From the human T2T-CHM13v2.0 reference genome, Homo sapiens, in the NCBI RefSeq assembly GCF_009914755.1, contig NC_060945.1: a stretch of 64,000 bases of DNA. One strand, written 5' to 3'. Position numbers and translations under genes: made by a program. Of the stretch, positions 41,249-55,407 are shown in pieces (the stretch's first letter is position 1; every line of letters begins with the position of its first letter). A model generated the notes under the pieces. That model saw only the letters and a list, made by a program, of their open reading frames with translations. It was not told the DNA's origin and searched no databases.

Positions 41249-41538
41249 GGCTGGGCACTGTGGCTCACGCCTGTAATCCCAGCACTTTGGGAGGCCAAGG
41301 CGGGCGGATCATGAGGTCAGTAGTTCAAGACCAGCCTGGCCAATATGATGAAACCCCATCTCTACTAAAATACAAAAAATTAGCCAGGCGTGGTGGTGTG
41401 CGCCTTTAGTCCCAGCTACTCAGGAGGCTGAGGCAGAAGAATTGGTTGAACCTGGGAGGCGGAGGTTGCAGAGAGCTGAGATCGCACCACTGCACTCAAG
41501 CCTGGGCGACAGAGCAAGACTCCATCATAAACAAATAA
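41249..41538 (+). mobile_element. AluS (Sg-like)
   Basis: Full dimer; TSD aataaagaag(t/a)gggga at 41233-41248 and 41535-41550. Confidence 0.93.
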
Positions 41539-42715
41539 AGAAGAGGGGAAAGGTGGAGCCTGGAGAGTGGGTCAGGCAGGAGCTTGGTTTAGGAGTTTTC
41601 CCAGTTCTAGGGGAGGGTTCCTAAAGGTTGTCCAGCTGTCCAGTTCAAAATCTGGAGTATAACCCATGATCCGAGGAAAAGTTGAGGTCTGGCCTGAAAC
41701 ACTATGGCTAGGATTCTGGGGCAGCTTTGTGGGTGCACAGCTGAAGATTTGCAGCTCAGGTCATTGCCTCATGAGCTCCAAGCACACAGACCAACTCCAG
41801 GCCCTGTCTCCTGGGGTGGAGAAGCATCTAACACATGGACGGCCTTGGCTAGATTTGGGTTTTGAATCACAATGTTTAACACCGCAAGGCTTGAGGGTCT
41901 TCAGGCAAATTACTGAGCACAATTATGAAGGCAGCCACTAATAGCAGCAAAAGTGTATTCAATATTTATATTTCTTATGAGCCATCTACATGGTTCAAAA
42001 GTTAGCACATTCTTCCTTAGGCTCCTGCAGGCTTTGACATACCTTTATGAACTGCTCCAAGGATTGGGAAGTCTTCATTCTCATTTGCAAACCGTATATA
42101 TTCTGAATACCTGCTCATATCCCATCTCGATTATCTCATCAATAATTTCCATCCCTCTGATTTACACCTGTAAAAGCAACTCACTTGCTTTTCCCAACCT
42201 AAAGAGTGCTGTGGAGTCCCTGGAGTAGAGCTACTGCAATTTTGTCACTCTCTGACCTGTTGGAAACTCAGTTTCACCGCAGCTTAACAAGGCTGCAGAG
42301 TCTTATATCTTACATGCATATTATAGCCAACACTGTTGACTGATTGCTCAAGAAATATCTTGGTTTTGTTCTGATGGATATATACTCAGTTTTAGGGAAT
42401 ACATTATGTTTGCTTTAAGTCAAATACACCAAAATCAGTTTCTTCTGCCAGGAATTAGTCTAAGTGGGACCCAACTTCAATGAGATAAAGACATTTTTTA
42501 AAATCTGTTGGTGACTTCTGGGAAAGGATTTCCTCCTTAATAAGGGACAGGCACAAAAGAGGTCAGCCCCCCCACCTTTTTCTCTGCTGGCCCCACCTGC
42601 TGACCTCAGCACTGTTCTCTAGGGCCATACTTCCCCATTTAGTTGGTGGCATTCTTTTCTCAGGGGAAAAGGTAAAAGATTATAAAGGAGTGAGAAAGTC
42701 AAGTTACTTTTAGCT

Positions 42716-42972
42716 GGTGAGAACACATGGACACATGGAGGGGAACAACACACACTGGGGCCTGTTGAAGGGTGGGGGTGGAGGGAGGGAGAGATCAGGA
42801 AGAATAGCTGATGGATGTGGGGCTTAATACCTGGGTCATGGAATGATCTGTGCGGCAAACCACCGTGGTACCTGTTTACCTATGTAACAAACCTGCACAT
42901 CCTGCACATGTGCCCCTGAAGTTAAAATTAAGGTTGGAAATTTGAAAACAACAACAACAACAAAAAAAAAAC
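42716..42972 (+). mobile_element. 5'-truncated L1PA (about PA10-13) 3' end with a (CAA)n tail, inside an older MLT1-like LTR (about 42440-43200)
   Basis: 'gagaacacatggacac...acacactggggcctg...tttacctatgtaacaaacctgcacatcctgcacatg'; TSD-like acttttagct / acttctagct. Confidence 0.88.
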
Positions 42973-43244
42973 AACTTCTAGCTATAAGAATCCTGCTTTG
43001 AGCTTCAAAAGCCTAATCTCTGTGTCATGTCATTTAGTTGATGACATGAACAACAGATGCCAAAAGCTATGTGATCAGCCAGAACCATTTTTTTCCACCC
43101 AGACTGAATAACGAGCCCATGGCTAACAGCAGAGAAGCCCTGAGTCAAGGACCTATCCACAGGAGGCACATCCAATGGGAGGAGACACAGTGGAAACCAC
43201 ACATGGCTTTGGGCTTAGCTGAGAGCCCAGGGAATCTAGGCCTG

Positions 43245-43864
43245 TGTGCAGTAAAGGGTTAATCCCACAGGCTTAGGGGGTCCAAATCCCACACATTCTA
43301 AAGAAAGATCTTGCCCTTGACTGACTCCTAGGAGGTAACCTCTAAGCTGTTGCAATTTCCAGCCTGATAAAAGTGTCATTACAGACCTGAGGCTTGGGGC
43401 CAGGCAAGATTGTTTATGCCAACAATTGGATTATGACGAGTGTCTGTTTTTATTCTTCTGGGACCCTGGGCCACGCTGTGTCAGTTGAACCTCTGGAGGA
43501 GGGGTTGGAGACTCAAGTGTTAAGGTAAGTCATCTGAGCACTCTATGTGACTAACCCCTAATGAAAACCCTGGACACCAAGGCTTGTATGAGCTCCCTGG
43601 TTGATGATACTCTGTATGTGTTGTCACAACTTCTTACTGGAAGAGTTAAGCCCTGTCCCTATAGGTCTCCGGGAAAGACAACTGGAAGCCTGTGCCTGGT
43701 CTTTCCTGGACTCCTTCCTATGCACTTTTTCCTTTGCTGATTTTAATCTGTATCCTTTCACTGTTTCATAAACTATAACCTTAACAACAATAGCTTTTCA
43801 GAGTTCTGTGAGTCTCTCCAGCAAATCATCAACCCAAGGGGTGGTCTCAGGAAACTCCAACACA
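43245..43864 (+). mobile_element. ERVL-type solo LTR (MER77/MER21 group)
   Basis: tgtgcagtaaagggttaa...gaaaaccctggacaccaaggc...ttttcctttgctgattttaatctgtatcctttcactgt...gagttctgtgagtc...caca. Confidence 0.8.
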
Positions 43865-44423
43865 GTCCAACATTTCCACATGGGTTCCTGTTAACGACAC
43901 GGTCTTGGAGCAGTAGAAAAAAGATGGCTGCTTTGATGTGCCCAGGTGGATGGTCCTACAACAGCCTAAGAGAGTTCCTCCACCTCTGGAGAGGGTGGTC
44001 CACAGCCAGGCATTTTCAGGGTGTCTCACAAGGCCATAGATGTTGTTGAAAGAGCCTTTTGTGGAGAGGCTTTATATTAATAGTTAAGGACACAAGAGGC
44101 CAGAGGCAATCTGACTCAATGATGGAAACTTGGTAGGTGCAGATGCCGGCCGTGAATTGGTATCAGTGATGGAAAGAAGGCCACACCCTCTCTACTTGGT
44201 CTGCTGAGATCCTTTAGCCCCAGGTTAGACTCCTAAACACAGAGGAAAGCACCCAGACACAGAGTGGAGAAGACCCCGCGTTGACTGTGATCATCGTGAA
44301 TTAAATGAAATTAAGATTCTACCACCTGGCATCATGCAGTATATGTTACAAATTAAGTTGAACTATACAAAAATACAACTTCAATTCTAACCATGCCGTC
44401 TTTGTGGATTAAAACTCATACCT

Positions 44424-44765
<342 letters not shown>

Positions 44766-45045
44766 TTAGCTTTTTAACCCAATCACCAATACGATATTAC
44801 TGTCTGGTAAAAATATTTTTGTTTTCCTTTAAAAATCATATTGGCTATCAGGGAAATGGACCCAAATATGCAGATGGAAGTTGTTTATCAAGAGCATAGA
44901 AATGGAGCTCTAGGTTGAGTCCTAGAAGCATGCTCTCTGCTTTCTGGTGCTAGTACAAAATCAATAGCAGTACTTTCTCAGCACCTCTTTGATGTCAGCA
45001 CATGGCACATGTGAAGCAAGAGGCTGTTCGATTTTGATTGTTCAC

Positions 45046-45529
45046 TGCACTAAATTTTTACAGCTGCGGTAACAAATCACTGCAAACCTGGTGGCACAAA
45101 ATAACACAAATTTGTTACCTCATGCTTTAGAGATCAAAATCCTAAATGGATCTCACTGGACTAAAATCAAGGTGTTGGCAGGACTGTGCTCCTTCTGAAG
45201 GCTCGAGGAGAAAGTGTGTTTTGTGTTTTCCAGCTCTTAGAGGCCATCCCTGTTTCTTGGTTCATGGCTGCTTCCTCCATCCTGAAAGTCAGCAGTGCCT
45301 GGCGGAGTTTTCCTCACATCTCATCATGCTGAACTTGACTCTCCTGACTCTGACTTTCACTTATAATGACCCTTGAACAACACCGGGCCCATCCAGGTGA
45401 TTCATGGTAATCACATCTCCAGATTCTTAATCACATCTGCAAAATCCTTTTTGCCATGTAAGGTGAAATATTCACCTTCCAGAAATTAGGACACGCACAT
45501 CTTTAGGGGCCATTACTCTGCCTGCCACA
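45046..45529 (-). mobile_element. MLT1C-like MaLR LTR
   Basis: 'aaaatcaaggtgttggcaggactgtgctccttctgaaggctc...ttaatcacatctgcaaaatcctttttgccatgtaagg...ccattactctgcctgccaca'. Confidence 0.85.
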
Positions 45530-46055
45530 CTTACTAAGTACCAGATTTTCCACCAGGGGTTAAGGATACCCCCTCAGCTGTGGAGATACTCTCAGTCTAG
45601 ACAGGGAGATACGTCTGGAAATGCGTATTTGTACTAGGTAATCACTAGCTAGCTTAGGGAGATTCCGAAGCAGCCAGAGAAGGAGAGGGAAAATGGAGCC
45701 TGCTTTCTTGCAGTGCACAGTCCACAGCGTGCCACACTCATGCACCCATCTTGACAGCAACTAGACATATTAGGATTCTGACTCTCTTCTCTACCCTGCT
45801 TAAGGAACCTAAAATATCATGCTTGTCTTAGTCCACATGTGCTGCTATAACAAAACACAAGAGACCAGGTCATTTAGAAATAACATAAAATTATTTCTCT
45901 CAGTTCTAAAGGCTGGGAAGTCCAACATCAAGGCACAGACAGATTTGGTGTCTAGGCAAGGCTTCCTCTCTGCTTCTAAAATGTCACCCTATAGCTACAC
46001 CTTTACATGGGAGAAGGGCAAAAGGTGCTATTGTGCTCCCTTCAATCTGTCTCTC

Positions 46056-46352
46056 TTTTTTTTTTTTTTTGAGACAGGGTCTCACTCTGTCACCCAGGCT
46101 GGAGCACAGTGGCACAATCACGGCTCATTACAGCCTTGACCTCCTGGGATCAAGCCATCCTACCACCTCAGCCTCCCAAGTGGCTAGGACTACAGGTGTG
46201 CACCACCATGTCTGGCTAATTTTTTTCTTTTTTTTTAATTTTTGTAGAGACAGGATTTTGCCATGTTGCCAATACTGGTCATGAACTCCTGGATGCAAGT
46301 GATCCTCCTGCTTTGACTTTCCAAAGTGCTATGATTACAGGCATGAGCCACT
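46056..46352 (-). mobile_element. AluJ
   Basis: 'gagacagggtctcactctgtcacccagg...cagccttgacctcctggg'. Confidence 0.9.
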
Positions 46353-46384
46353 ATTCAACCTCTTTTTTAAGACCACTAATCCAC

Positions 46385-46680
46385 CTGGCATGGTAGGTCA
46401 TGCCTATAATCCTAGCACTTTGGGAGGCCAAGGTGAGGGGATCGCTTGAGTCCAGGAGCTCCAGGCCAGCGTGGCAGCATAGCAAGATCCCATCTCTACG
46501 AAAAATACAAAAATTAGCCAGGTGTGGTGGTGCACACCTGCAGTCACAGCTACCTGGGAGGCTGAGGCTGGAGGATTGCTTAGCCCAGGAGGTGGAGGTT
46601 GCAGTGAGCCATGATTGCACCACTGCACTCCAGCTTGGGTGACAGAGTGAGACACTGTCTCAAAACAAAACAAAAATAAA
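46385..46680 (+). mobile_element. AluJ with a (CAAAA)n-type tail
   Basis: 'ggatcgcttgagtccaggag...ggaggattgcttagcccaggagg...gagccatgattgcacc'. Confidence 0.9.
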
Positions 46681-49600
46681 GCACTCATCTCATCCATGGA
46701 AGCAGAGTGCTCATGATGTAATCATTTCCTTAGTGGCCCCACTGCTCAGTCCTATCACATTGGGTTTTAGGTTCCACCATATGAATTTTGGGGGGACACA
46801 TACATTCAAACCAGAGCAACTCTTATTTCATTTTGTTCTTTCTACCCCCTTTTGAAGGCTACATTCAACCTTTCTTAACGTTTCCATTTTATTTTCACAC
46901 GCAAATGCTGATGATCTTTAGTTTCCTCACCAGCCCCTTCAAAATCCTAATGTGAAAATGTTCATCGCTTTTTGCAAACCACACAGCCAAGCCCTGTTGT
47001 GCATGAGTGAAAGCTGTTGTTGCTTGCTTCATTAATAGCCACACTGTCAAACAAGCTGTGTGTGTTATTTCTTCACTCCATCCTCAAGTTGACAAGAAAA
47101 AAGCTTAAATGCACTAGAAGATGCTTCAATAGAAAAAAAAAAAAAAAGTTCTGTCTGCACAAGTCCGGTATGTTCTCCTCTCTTAAAAGAGCAAGATGGA
47201 TCATTTTTGTGCCTTCTCCATCACGCTTCTGTGTCACCGTTGCAGAAGCTTCCACCTTAAGACAGTGAATTGCAATAATAAAATGTCTCTTCCTCGCTGT
47301 CTTTGATGGTGGCAATGTAAAGGCTGGAGTTTAATTACATACAACATATGGACAAAAATTGTCATGCCTACTCATTTCAGGCCAATGGCGAGGAAAGCAA
47401 GAAATAGAAATCAAGAGAATCAGCTCAGTTTAAGTAAGAGCATGATGCTGGAGTGTATCTTATCTTATCTCATTTTAAACTAAAGGAGATCAAAGTTGAG
47501 AATGTTTTCTTTTCTTCACTGGACAAAAAATATGAAATGCTAACTGTGCATGAAGCATTGTTCCACCTTAACCCTTTAATGCAAGTATGGGACTTGAACC
47601 ATAGTATGTCTATCAAAAATATTTTTTAAAAATCAAAATCTGTGCTCAATAAAGATTTTTAAACTTGTTAAAGTATTTCAGATTCCCCATTATAGAAAGT
47701 TTTGCATGTTTGAAAGGATGAGCCACTGGGCATAAGAGTGAGTTGATGGGTGTGATATTTACACTCTCTCCTAGGTGGATATCTTTCTGGACCCTAATGG
47801 GGTAGGTAAGGTTGCCTTACATGACCTCGTGTGTGTTGAAGCCTAGAGAGGCATGAACAGTGTATATTCATGGGCAGGCATACTCTGCCTAATCTTCTAT
47901 CCCCAGAGGTTACTTTTGAGCTGACACAAGGAATATATCAATAATTAGCCCTTAAGATGCAATTCTCTGTTGGTCTAATTACTCAGGCCATTTTCACAGG
48001 CAATAAAAGCAAATAAACCAGGGTACGACTCCTTTTAAAATGTAAAAGGAGTAAAAAGCAACATTAGTGGGCTAGTTCAAGTGCCTTTCAAACTGCAAGA
48101 AAAAGAAAAAGTGAAATGGACCAATTCCAGGGCTTTATTTTCAGCTGAGAACAGGATACCAGAGGGCTGCACAGACACAGGCGCAGCTACACCCTTTGGT
48201 GACTTACCCTAAAGCAATGTGACCACTATTTTCTGGAAATAAAATTGACAGGCAGAAAGAAATCTTCCACAACGCGGCAATCTGATCAGGGAGTACCCCG
48301 CAGGAGTACCCATGCTGAAATGATTTCTAAAGTACTGGTGGTACAAAGTGATACATTTCTATTTGTTTTGTGTATATACAAGAGAATTTCTGGAAGGTTG
48401 GATACCGATGAATAACTATTAGTACCTGAGGGTGGGGGAGGCATACCAGGGAATGGAGAGTAAGGGACTGGAGTGAGACTAGAATTTTTTCTGTATGCTT
48501 TTTGAGTTTTGAATTATAAATGATAACCTGTTTACAAAAGTAAATAAAATAAGAATGAGCCAACCAGCAATCTCCAACTCAGAAATGCTACTTTGTGGAA
48601 AGAAATTGGCCAGGTAAAGTTTCCCTTGGATATCTTTTAAGTGATATTGAGGTATTAATAGAGCTGAGAATTAACATTTGTATTGCAGACACAGGAGTCC
48701 AGGAAAGGTCCCACAGAGAACCAGGGTTCCAAGGGATCTCCTGTCATAAGCTGTCACAAAGAGATTTTAAGATGAAGCAGCGCCATTTTAGTTAGAGGCT
48801 GGCTCATTCTGAGATTCTGCAGAGACAAAGAAACCAAACACAGCCAAAGAAAACATATCAAAGGCAATTGCACAAATGTCACTTCCTGCCTGGTTTACAA
48901 AATTATCATTTAATTTCTGAACCTCAGTGGGTCTGTGAAGACACTGACCTTCTAGCTTTTTGTCAAGCCCTCTGGACAAATGTGCCTCTCAGGCTGCTTC
49001 TGCCATGGCTTAAAAATTAGCTAATAAGTGGTTTGCACTTCATAAGAGTAAACACCATGTTGAAACTGAGCCAAACTGACACTCTAATAGGTCACAGTGA
49101 GCTGAGAAGAAATTTCATTGCAAATCCTCACCATGGGGCGTCCTGGGAATTCTACAAGAATCTTCATATTCATGAAGCTTAATTATAGCAAAATTGCCAA
49201 TCTGTAAAATATGGCTGCATTTGCATACGACTTTCAAGTCTGAAACATGAACAAGAAGACTACGGTCCCCTTGGGATGCCCACAGTATGTGTAGAGAAAC
49301 ACAAGTGAAAGAAAATTGATGGGGGGAGTGGGGGTAGGAAGAAAAATAAAAACAGATCAAGAGGTACTTTATTTACCTAGAAAAATGAAAATGCCAATCA
49401 CAGAAAGGCTCTTATTATGTACTTGTAATCAACCATAATATTCAAATTGCTGAATAAAGAATCAAATAAAATCATAAATTTAAGACATTAGTCTTAAAAA
49501 TATTACTCATTTTAGTTCCTGAGATGAATGGAAAGTTGCAAAGGCTGTGTGCACACCTCATCTGTTCTGATAATCGGGCAAATGAGGCTTCGTCTTCAAG

Positions 49601-49964
49601 CCCCTGCAGTAATCAACTTGAGCTCTTAAGTGCTTCTTTGGAAGAGGGGAGGCATCTTGGGATACCAGGATTGCAGGGCTCAGCAACATACAGACGGACA
49701 ACCATCAGTAACGCTGCCCCCACAGATGTCACCAATGTGCCTCCAAGGGTCAAAAAAAATAGTCGTGTTTCTAACTATTTGATAAAAATGGAGGCAATTA
49801 AACTCTGGGAAGGCTATGATTTCTTAGCAAAATAAAACCTTGGCCCCATGCATTCTTCCCTTCCTCCTATAGAAGGATTGTCTGGTGTACTCCTGTTCAC
49901 AGCAAATGCAGAATCCCACACTTTAAAACATCCTCTGTTCACACCTGTTTGGTGATCAGATGAG

Positions 49965-50008
<44 letters not shown>

Positions 50009-50342
50009 ATCTCTCTCATCTCTCTATCACTCTAGTTATCTATCATCTCTCTCATATCTATTCTGTTTTCTGTTTATTATCTATCTACTATCCATCTATC
50101 TACTATTTATCTATTATCTATCTATCTATCATCTGTGTTCTATCAGTTATCTGTCCATCTATGTATATGCCTATCTATTTATCTATGTATCTATCTTTCA
50201 TCTATCTGCCTTTCTACCATCTAATTTTCTTCTGCATATCTACCAATTATCTATCTATCTATGTATATGCCTATCTATCGTCTATCTGCCTATCTGTCTA
50301 TCTATTATCTATCTATGTATCTATCGATCGATCCATCCATCC
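49965..50342. repeat. (TATC)11 STR (49965-50008) followed by about 330 bp of degenerate TATC/CATC repeat
   Basis: Direct reading. Confidence 0.93.
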
Positions 50343-50619
50343 ACCCCATTAGGCTGTACCTGATGGGGGCAGCATCATGTTCCTCACATGGTCAAGCATG
50401 GCTGTGTGCCAGGGGCCTTCAAGCAACATTTAAAGCTAAAGCCAACGATAGAAACCATAATTAATAATATTTTCAGACAGGTTGCCAAATAACATACATG
50501 TAAGCGAAGACCAGATGCATTTCAAAAATGTTCAAGAAATTGAATGTGAATAAATTCATTGCTTAAAAGAGAATAGCAAATGGTGCATGCTGTGTGATAT
50601 GGTAACGACAACAGCAATA

Positions 50620-50865
50620 CTAGCAGTGGTCATCTATCAAGTGCTAGTTATATGCTAAAGACTGTGTTAAATGTTTTGACATCCATCACCTTACTGCATC
50701 TTCCCAAAACCACAGGAGGTAGATATGATTATCTCAGGAAACTGAAACTCCTGAAGTTACATAGAAAAATGGCCACACAGTTAATGAGCAGCAGAAAGAT
50801 AATTTGGCCACAGATATGCTTAACTTGAAAATCTGAGTCCTTAAAGATCGTATACTGTGCCCTCT
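50620..50865 (-). mobile_element. MIR
   Basis: 'catctatcaagtgctagttatatgc...ggaggtagatatgattatc..aggaaactgaaactc...cacacagttaatgagcagcag'. Confidence 0.7.
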
Positions 50866-51044
50866 CTTCAAATCCTAAAGAAATGACAAGAGAAAGAAAG
50901 GAAGGAAGGAAAGCAGGAAAGAAGAAATCAAAGGAGGAGGGAGAGAGGTAGGGAGGGATAGGAGTCAACATTGAAAAACAAGGGATAATTCTAACAACTG
51001 GCCAGAAGTTATAGAAATTTATATTGTAACAACAACAATAACAC

Positions 51045-51365
51045 CCATCTACAATCCCTTATCTGCAATCCCACAATCCAAAAATACCTCAAAAATGAAA
51101 AAGTATTTTCATGATTCACCTGCTGCCAAAACATGGCCCAAATGGACGTGAGGTTCTATTTGAGCCTTGTTCATTACACACAGAATAAAAATTCCACAGT
51201 TCTGCTGAAGAAATCTTGAAGCATTACTGCCCCACATTCCACCGTGAGGGTGTAGAAAACATGCAGAGTATGGTAACATTTACTTTTAGATAGCTATCTA
51301 AAATGTGAGAAATTCTGAAACACATACAGCCCCTGAGGCTTGCCTAAGCTGAGAGCATGTCTGCT
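51045..51365. mobile_element. MER96B-like hAT element
   Basis: Termini 'acaatcccttatctgcaat' and 'aattctgaaacacatacagcccc'; family recalled from memory. Confidence 0.4.
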
Positions 51366-53212
51366 GACCTAAGAATCCCTCTGCCATTATATGTCCTTGA
51401 CAGTCAAGACAATAAGACAACAACCTGTGGTCAAAATCAACCGACAATAACAGAAATTTAGTGAAAAAAGAAACATACATCTCAATAACTGCTGAAGAAA
51501 AGCAGCCTCCTCTATTGCAAGGAGAACTCATGGCAATGTTATCCTATTAAGATCTGACATCACCTTCTCTCCCTTCCAGGCTAATTTCTTAACTCAGTTT
51601 AGTTTGAGCCCAAGCAAGGGCCTGTTTTGGACTCTGATTACATTTGAACACCCCAGGCTCACTCACCCTTGGCCTGGAGGCTTCTGGAAATAGAGCATTT
51701 TGTTACATAGTTTCCACAGAAAAGTAGGGAGAGTTTGATTGAAATGATTTATAGGAAATCTAAGAAAAATCTTAGCATGCACGATATCATTTATATGCAT
51801 TTGAAAAATACACTGTGTTAGTTTCTATGGTTTACAGATTCACAAATACGTTGCAGAGGTTTCAAGATGTGTATAGAAAATGTGAGTGGGACCTCAATTC
51901 TATCTAACACTCGTATTCATAAAAAAAGGAATGAATGAAATGTGGCAAAGCATAAACATCTGACTCTATGTTGGGCTTAAGTACCTGGTTTTTGTTTTCT
52001 TTCGTGCTTTTTGTTTTTGTGACTCTCTGTCCTTTTCTGTGTATTTAAAATACAATTATTCGACAACAAAAATAACCCTCACAAAATATCTGCTCTGTAC
52101 CAGGCACAAGAATGACAGTGAGGATAAGAGAGACAACATCCCTATTTGAAAGGTTTTATAATTAAAATTAAAAATGTATGTTAATTTATTGTGTCTTCTT
52201 GGGATTAGAAAACAAACAGAATTTATTAGCATTGTGTTGATTTGCTTCTTTTAGTGGAGTTTAGATTGATAAAATCATTAACACTAACAGATTGCCCTAA
52301 CAAAATGGACATATTTCCAAATTCTAGAAAGACTTCAGGCAGGGAGAGCAGGAGGGAGGCCATTAAGCTCTCTTTTGTAAGCAGGATGTCTGCTTTGGGG
52401 CGTGTCCAAAGGGAAAAAAGGCAATATGAGAATAGAGAGGTGTTTAATTTCAGCTTCTAAAACTGCACCTGTTTCTTTGAGCAAAAGTTCCCTGTTTGGC
52501 AAATAAGTGTAAATAATATAGTAAATTAACATTTGAGGGAAGAAAACTCTAAAATTGAGATTTTTATGATTTAAAATATGCCTAGCAAGATATTATTTTT
52601 TTCAAAGTACTTATTGAACACATAGGGTTAGAGCATAAAGTAACATGCCCAGCCTTGTGGCAGCCCGTGGGCATCAGCACTGGGTGTGTAATTACAGAGG
52701 TTACCTGAAGCCTGAGGAATAAGCACATTACGTTGTTAAAAACAAACAAACAAACAAACAAAAACACAACACTGTGAAAAGACAGAAGCACTAGAATTTA
52801 TAAGCATTGATGATTATGTAAGAAATATCTAAAGAAAGTTCACTGTTAATATTGAAAGGTCTAATCCTGGCTATCTTTTACCTTCAGTTCTCTACATTTT
52901 TTTCCTTTTTTTAATCCTCTATCAAAATTATTATCTTGACAGACATGCCAGCCTTAGTATGTGCTCTTGCTTAAACAGCATGAGTTCCGTGCTTTATATT
53001 GAGACTGGCATATTTAAATTCAAGTGCAGACATACAGGAGCGTCCTATTTTGGCCATAAGTGACGCAAAGTCCAAATCTTAACACTCTTCTCCCAACAAG
53101 CATGCATTGAACAGCAGATATCAGATGTCATCTTCTCAAAGTTTTGCTTTATGCCAAAGTTACCATTAGGATTAGCTTAGCTCTCTTTGAAGGCAATTAA
53201 TGAGAATGGAAG

Positions 53213-53530
53213 TGGTAGGGGCTGGATGTTTGTGTCCCCTAAATTAATATGCTGGAACCCTGTTCCCCAACATGATGCTATGGGAGGTGGGGCAGAATGG
53301 AATCAGTGCCCTCAGAGAGCCACAAGACCACTCACTTCCTTCCCTGCTCCCTGCCAGGCAAAGAAAGAAGGAGAAGTCGGCTTCTGCCACCAGGAAGAGG
53401 GCCCTCACCAGCACCCTGCGGGCATCTTGATCTCAGACTTCCAGCCTCCAGAGCCATGAGAAATGAACTGTTGTAGTTTCAGCGACGCAGTCCATCAAAC
53501 TTTATTACGGCAGCCTGAACAGGGTAAGGT
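53213..53530 (+). mobile_element. MST/MLT1A-type LTR
   Basis: 'ggatgtttgtgtcccctaaatt...ttgatctcagacttccagcctccaga..catgagaaat...acggcagcctgaac'. Confidence 0.8.
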
Positions 53531-53639
53531 AGGAAGTAAATGGGAAACAAAATAAAAAGGGGAGAGTGCCTGAGGTGTCATCAGAAGCCCAGCTTGAGGG
53601 GCTCTGAGGTATGCAGGGGCTTTTCATAGTTGTCAATGA

Positions 53640-53955
53640 TGTGTGTGTGTGTGCACATGTGAGTGTGTGTGTGTGCGCGCCTGTGAGTGTGTATGCCAGT
53701 ATGTGTAGTATGTATGTGTGTGGTGTGTATGTGTGAGTGTATGTCATGTGGTGTGTGCATGTATGCATGTAAGTGTATGTATGTCAGTGTGTGTGGTGTG
53801 TGTATGACATATGTGCATGTGAGTGTATGTCTGTGCATGGTGTGGGGGGAATATAAGCATGTGAGTGTATGTCAAAGTGTGTGTGTGGGGGGGTGTATAT
53901 GTGTGTGTGTGTGGTGTGTGTGGACATGTATGTGTGTAAGAGAGTATGTGTGTGT
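53640..53955. repeat. Degenerate (TG/TATG)n low-complexity tract
   Basis: Direct reading. Confidence 0.9.
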
Positions 53956-55407
53956 CCTGTTAGCAGGAGTGTCCAGGGCCAGGTCACTGAACACCTCCAT
54001 ATGCACAGGCCGGTCGCACACAACGTGGAATTGCCTGTGTTGCCGGCACTCTCCTCCCACCGCTTCAACACTGGACCACGTACATCTATAGACTTTGTCT
54101 CTGGGCATCCAATTCTCCCTCTTAGAATAAGAGCACTTGGGTTTTCCTTCGAGGAGCCATCCCTCATGGGCATGAGACCAAGGTCATCACCTCTGTGCCC
54201 CTAGACATGGTGACTCGTTCACAGATAGGCATGTGACATGACCCTTCTCAGGGATTTTGGAGAAAGAAGACTCTTTCCCCCTGGCTACTGAGCTACTGTC
54301 ACTGGGGTTGTGTGCAACGTGCCATGCTAGGTATGCCAAGGAGCCAATCTAAACCAGAGTACTCCAAGAGCAGTAAGACTGACAGCAAGAGTGAGAGGTG
54401 CTCCTGTCAGAGTTTCTGGACACCTTGATGCTTCTGGGCCTGAAGGCAGTTACTCCTGGAGTTTTCAGTTCTGTGAGCCAATAAGACTTTTTTTTGATTT
54501 CTGTTTGTCACTTGCAATCAAGAGTTCTGAATAATGCAAATTACTGCACAAATTCAAAACTCAGTTTATAGATGCAAAATAAATAAAATTCAATATTTTA
54601 GAATTATGAGTTTATAACAGGCTTATAAATATGTTTTCAGATATCAGTCTGCTCAAAGTCTAGTCGAGCTACAACATATGCACAAATAATGTATTTCTAT
54701 TCACAAAGCCAGTCTTTTCTTCCTAAGTGTCTCCCCTCTCCTGCAAATGTCCTCTTATCCATAGTCCGGGATAAAGGAAATGGATTATTCTAACGGCTGA
54801 GAAATACCTTCCCACTGGCATCGCATATATATAGAACCAGTGGTAAAGTCTGTAGGGAGATCTGTATTGGCATGGAAGGAGTAAGTGGGGACTCCCCACT
54901 GGGACTTCCATCGTATTTTCTCATCATATTTGTAAAGACCTGACTCTTCATTTATTGTTATCAAGGCCTGTGTGAGTTTGCTACCTTGCAATATCAGAAA
55001 TTGAGGAGGAAGTTCCCTGCCCTGTTTCCCCCCGGGATGAAGTTGCAGATCACTTGGAGAGGACCGACAGGAGAGGAAAGAGGAGGCCCCTGCTCCTGAT
55101 GACACAGCACCCCAAGGAAAGTGACCAAAACCAGCAGAAGCAACAAGGAAAGTCAGCTGTGCCGAGAATTGCATTGCAAATTCATTCCACGCGTTTGACC
55201 TGTGAGAGGAAGTGTTCCATGCTTTCATGTTAGGGAAATTTGGCCAGACGGGGAGCCACTGTCCATTGCTCCACACACGTGGAGTGCCCACTACTTCCTT
55301 GTCAGATTGTCAGACAGTGTCCTGAAAATAAGGGACAACAGTGGATGTGACGAAGAACCTATTTTGAGGACTTTTGTTCAGAGGAGAAGCAACAAATGGT
55401 ACACAGG

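Larger units (their letters stand above)
45825..46818 (-). mobile_element. MST/MLT1A-type LTR interrupted by two AluJ elements
   Basis: tgtcttagtcc...gctgctataacaaaa...ggctgggaagtccaacatcaagg...; end 'tatgaattttggggggacacatacattcaaaccagagca'. Confidence 0.8.

Noticed and set aside
49960-54204. ORFs rich in SIYL, CV or HT repeats
   Set aside because: Translations of TATC and TG simple repeats.
54785-55291. 168-aa ORF on the - strand, the longest ORF outside repeats
   Set aside because: Non-ATG start, no recognisable domain, and a length compatible with chance in 64 kb. A PhyloCSF or BLASTP search would be needed to revive it.
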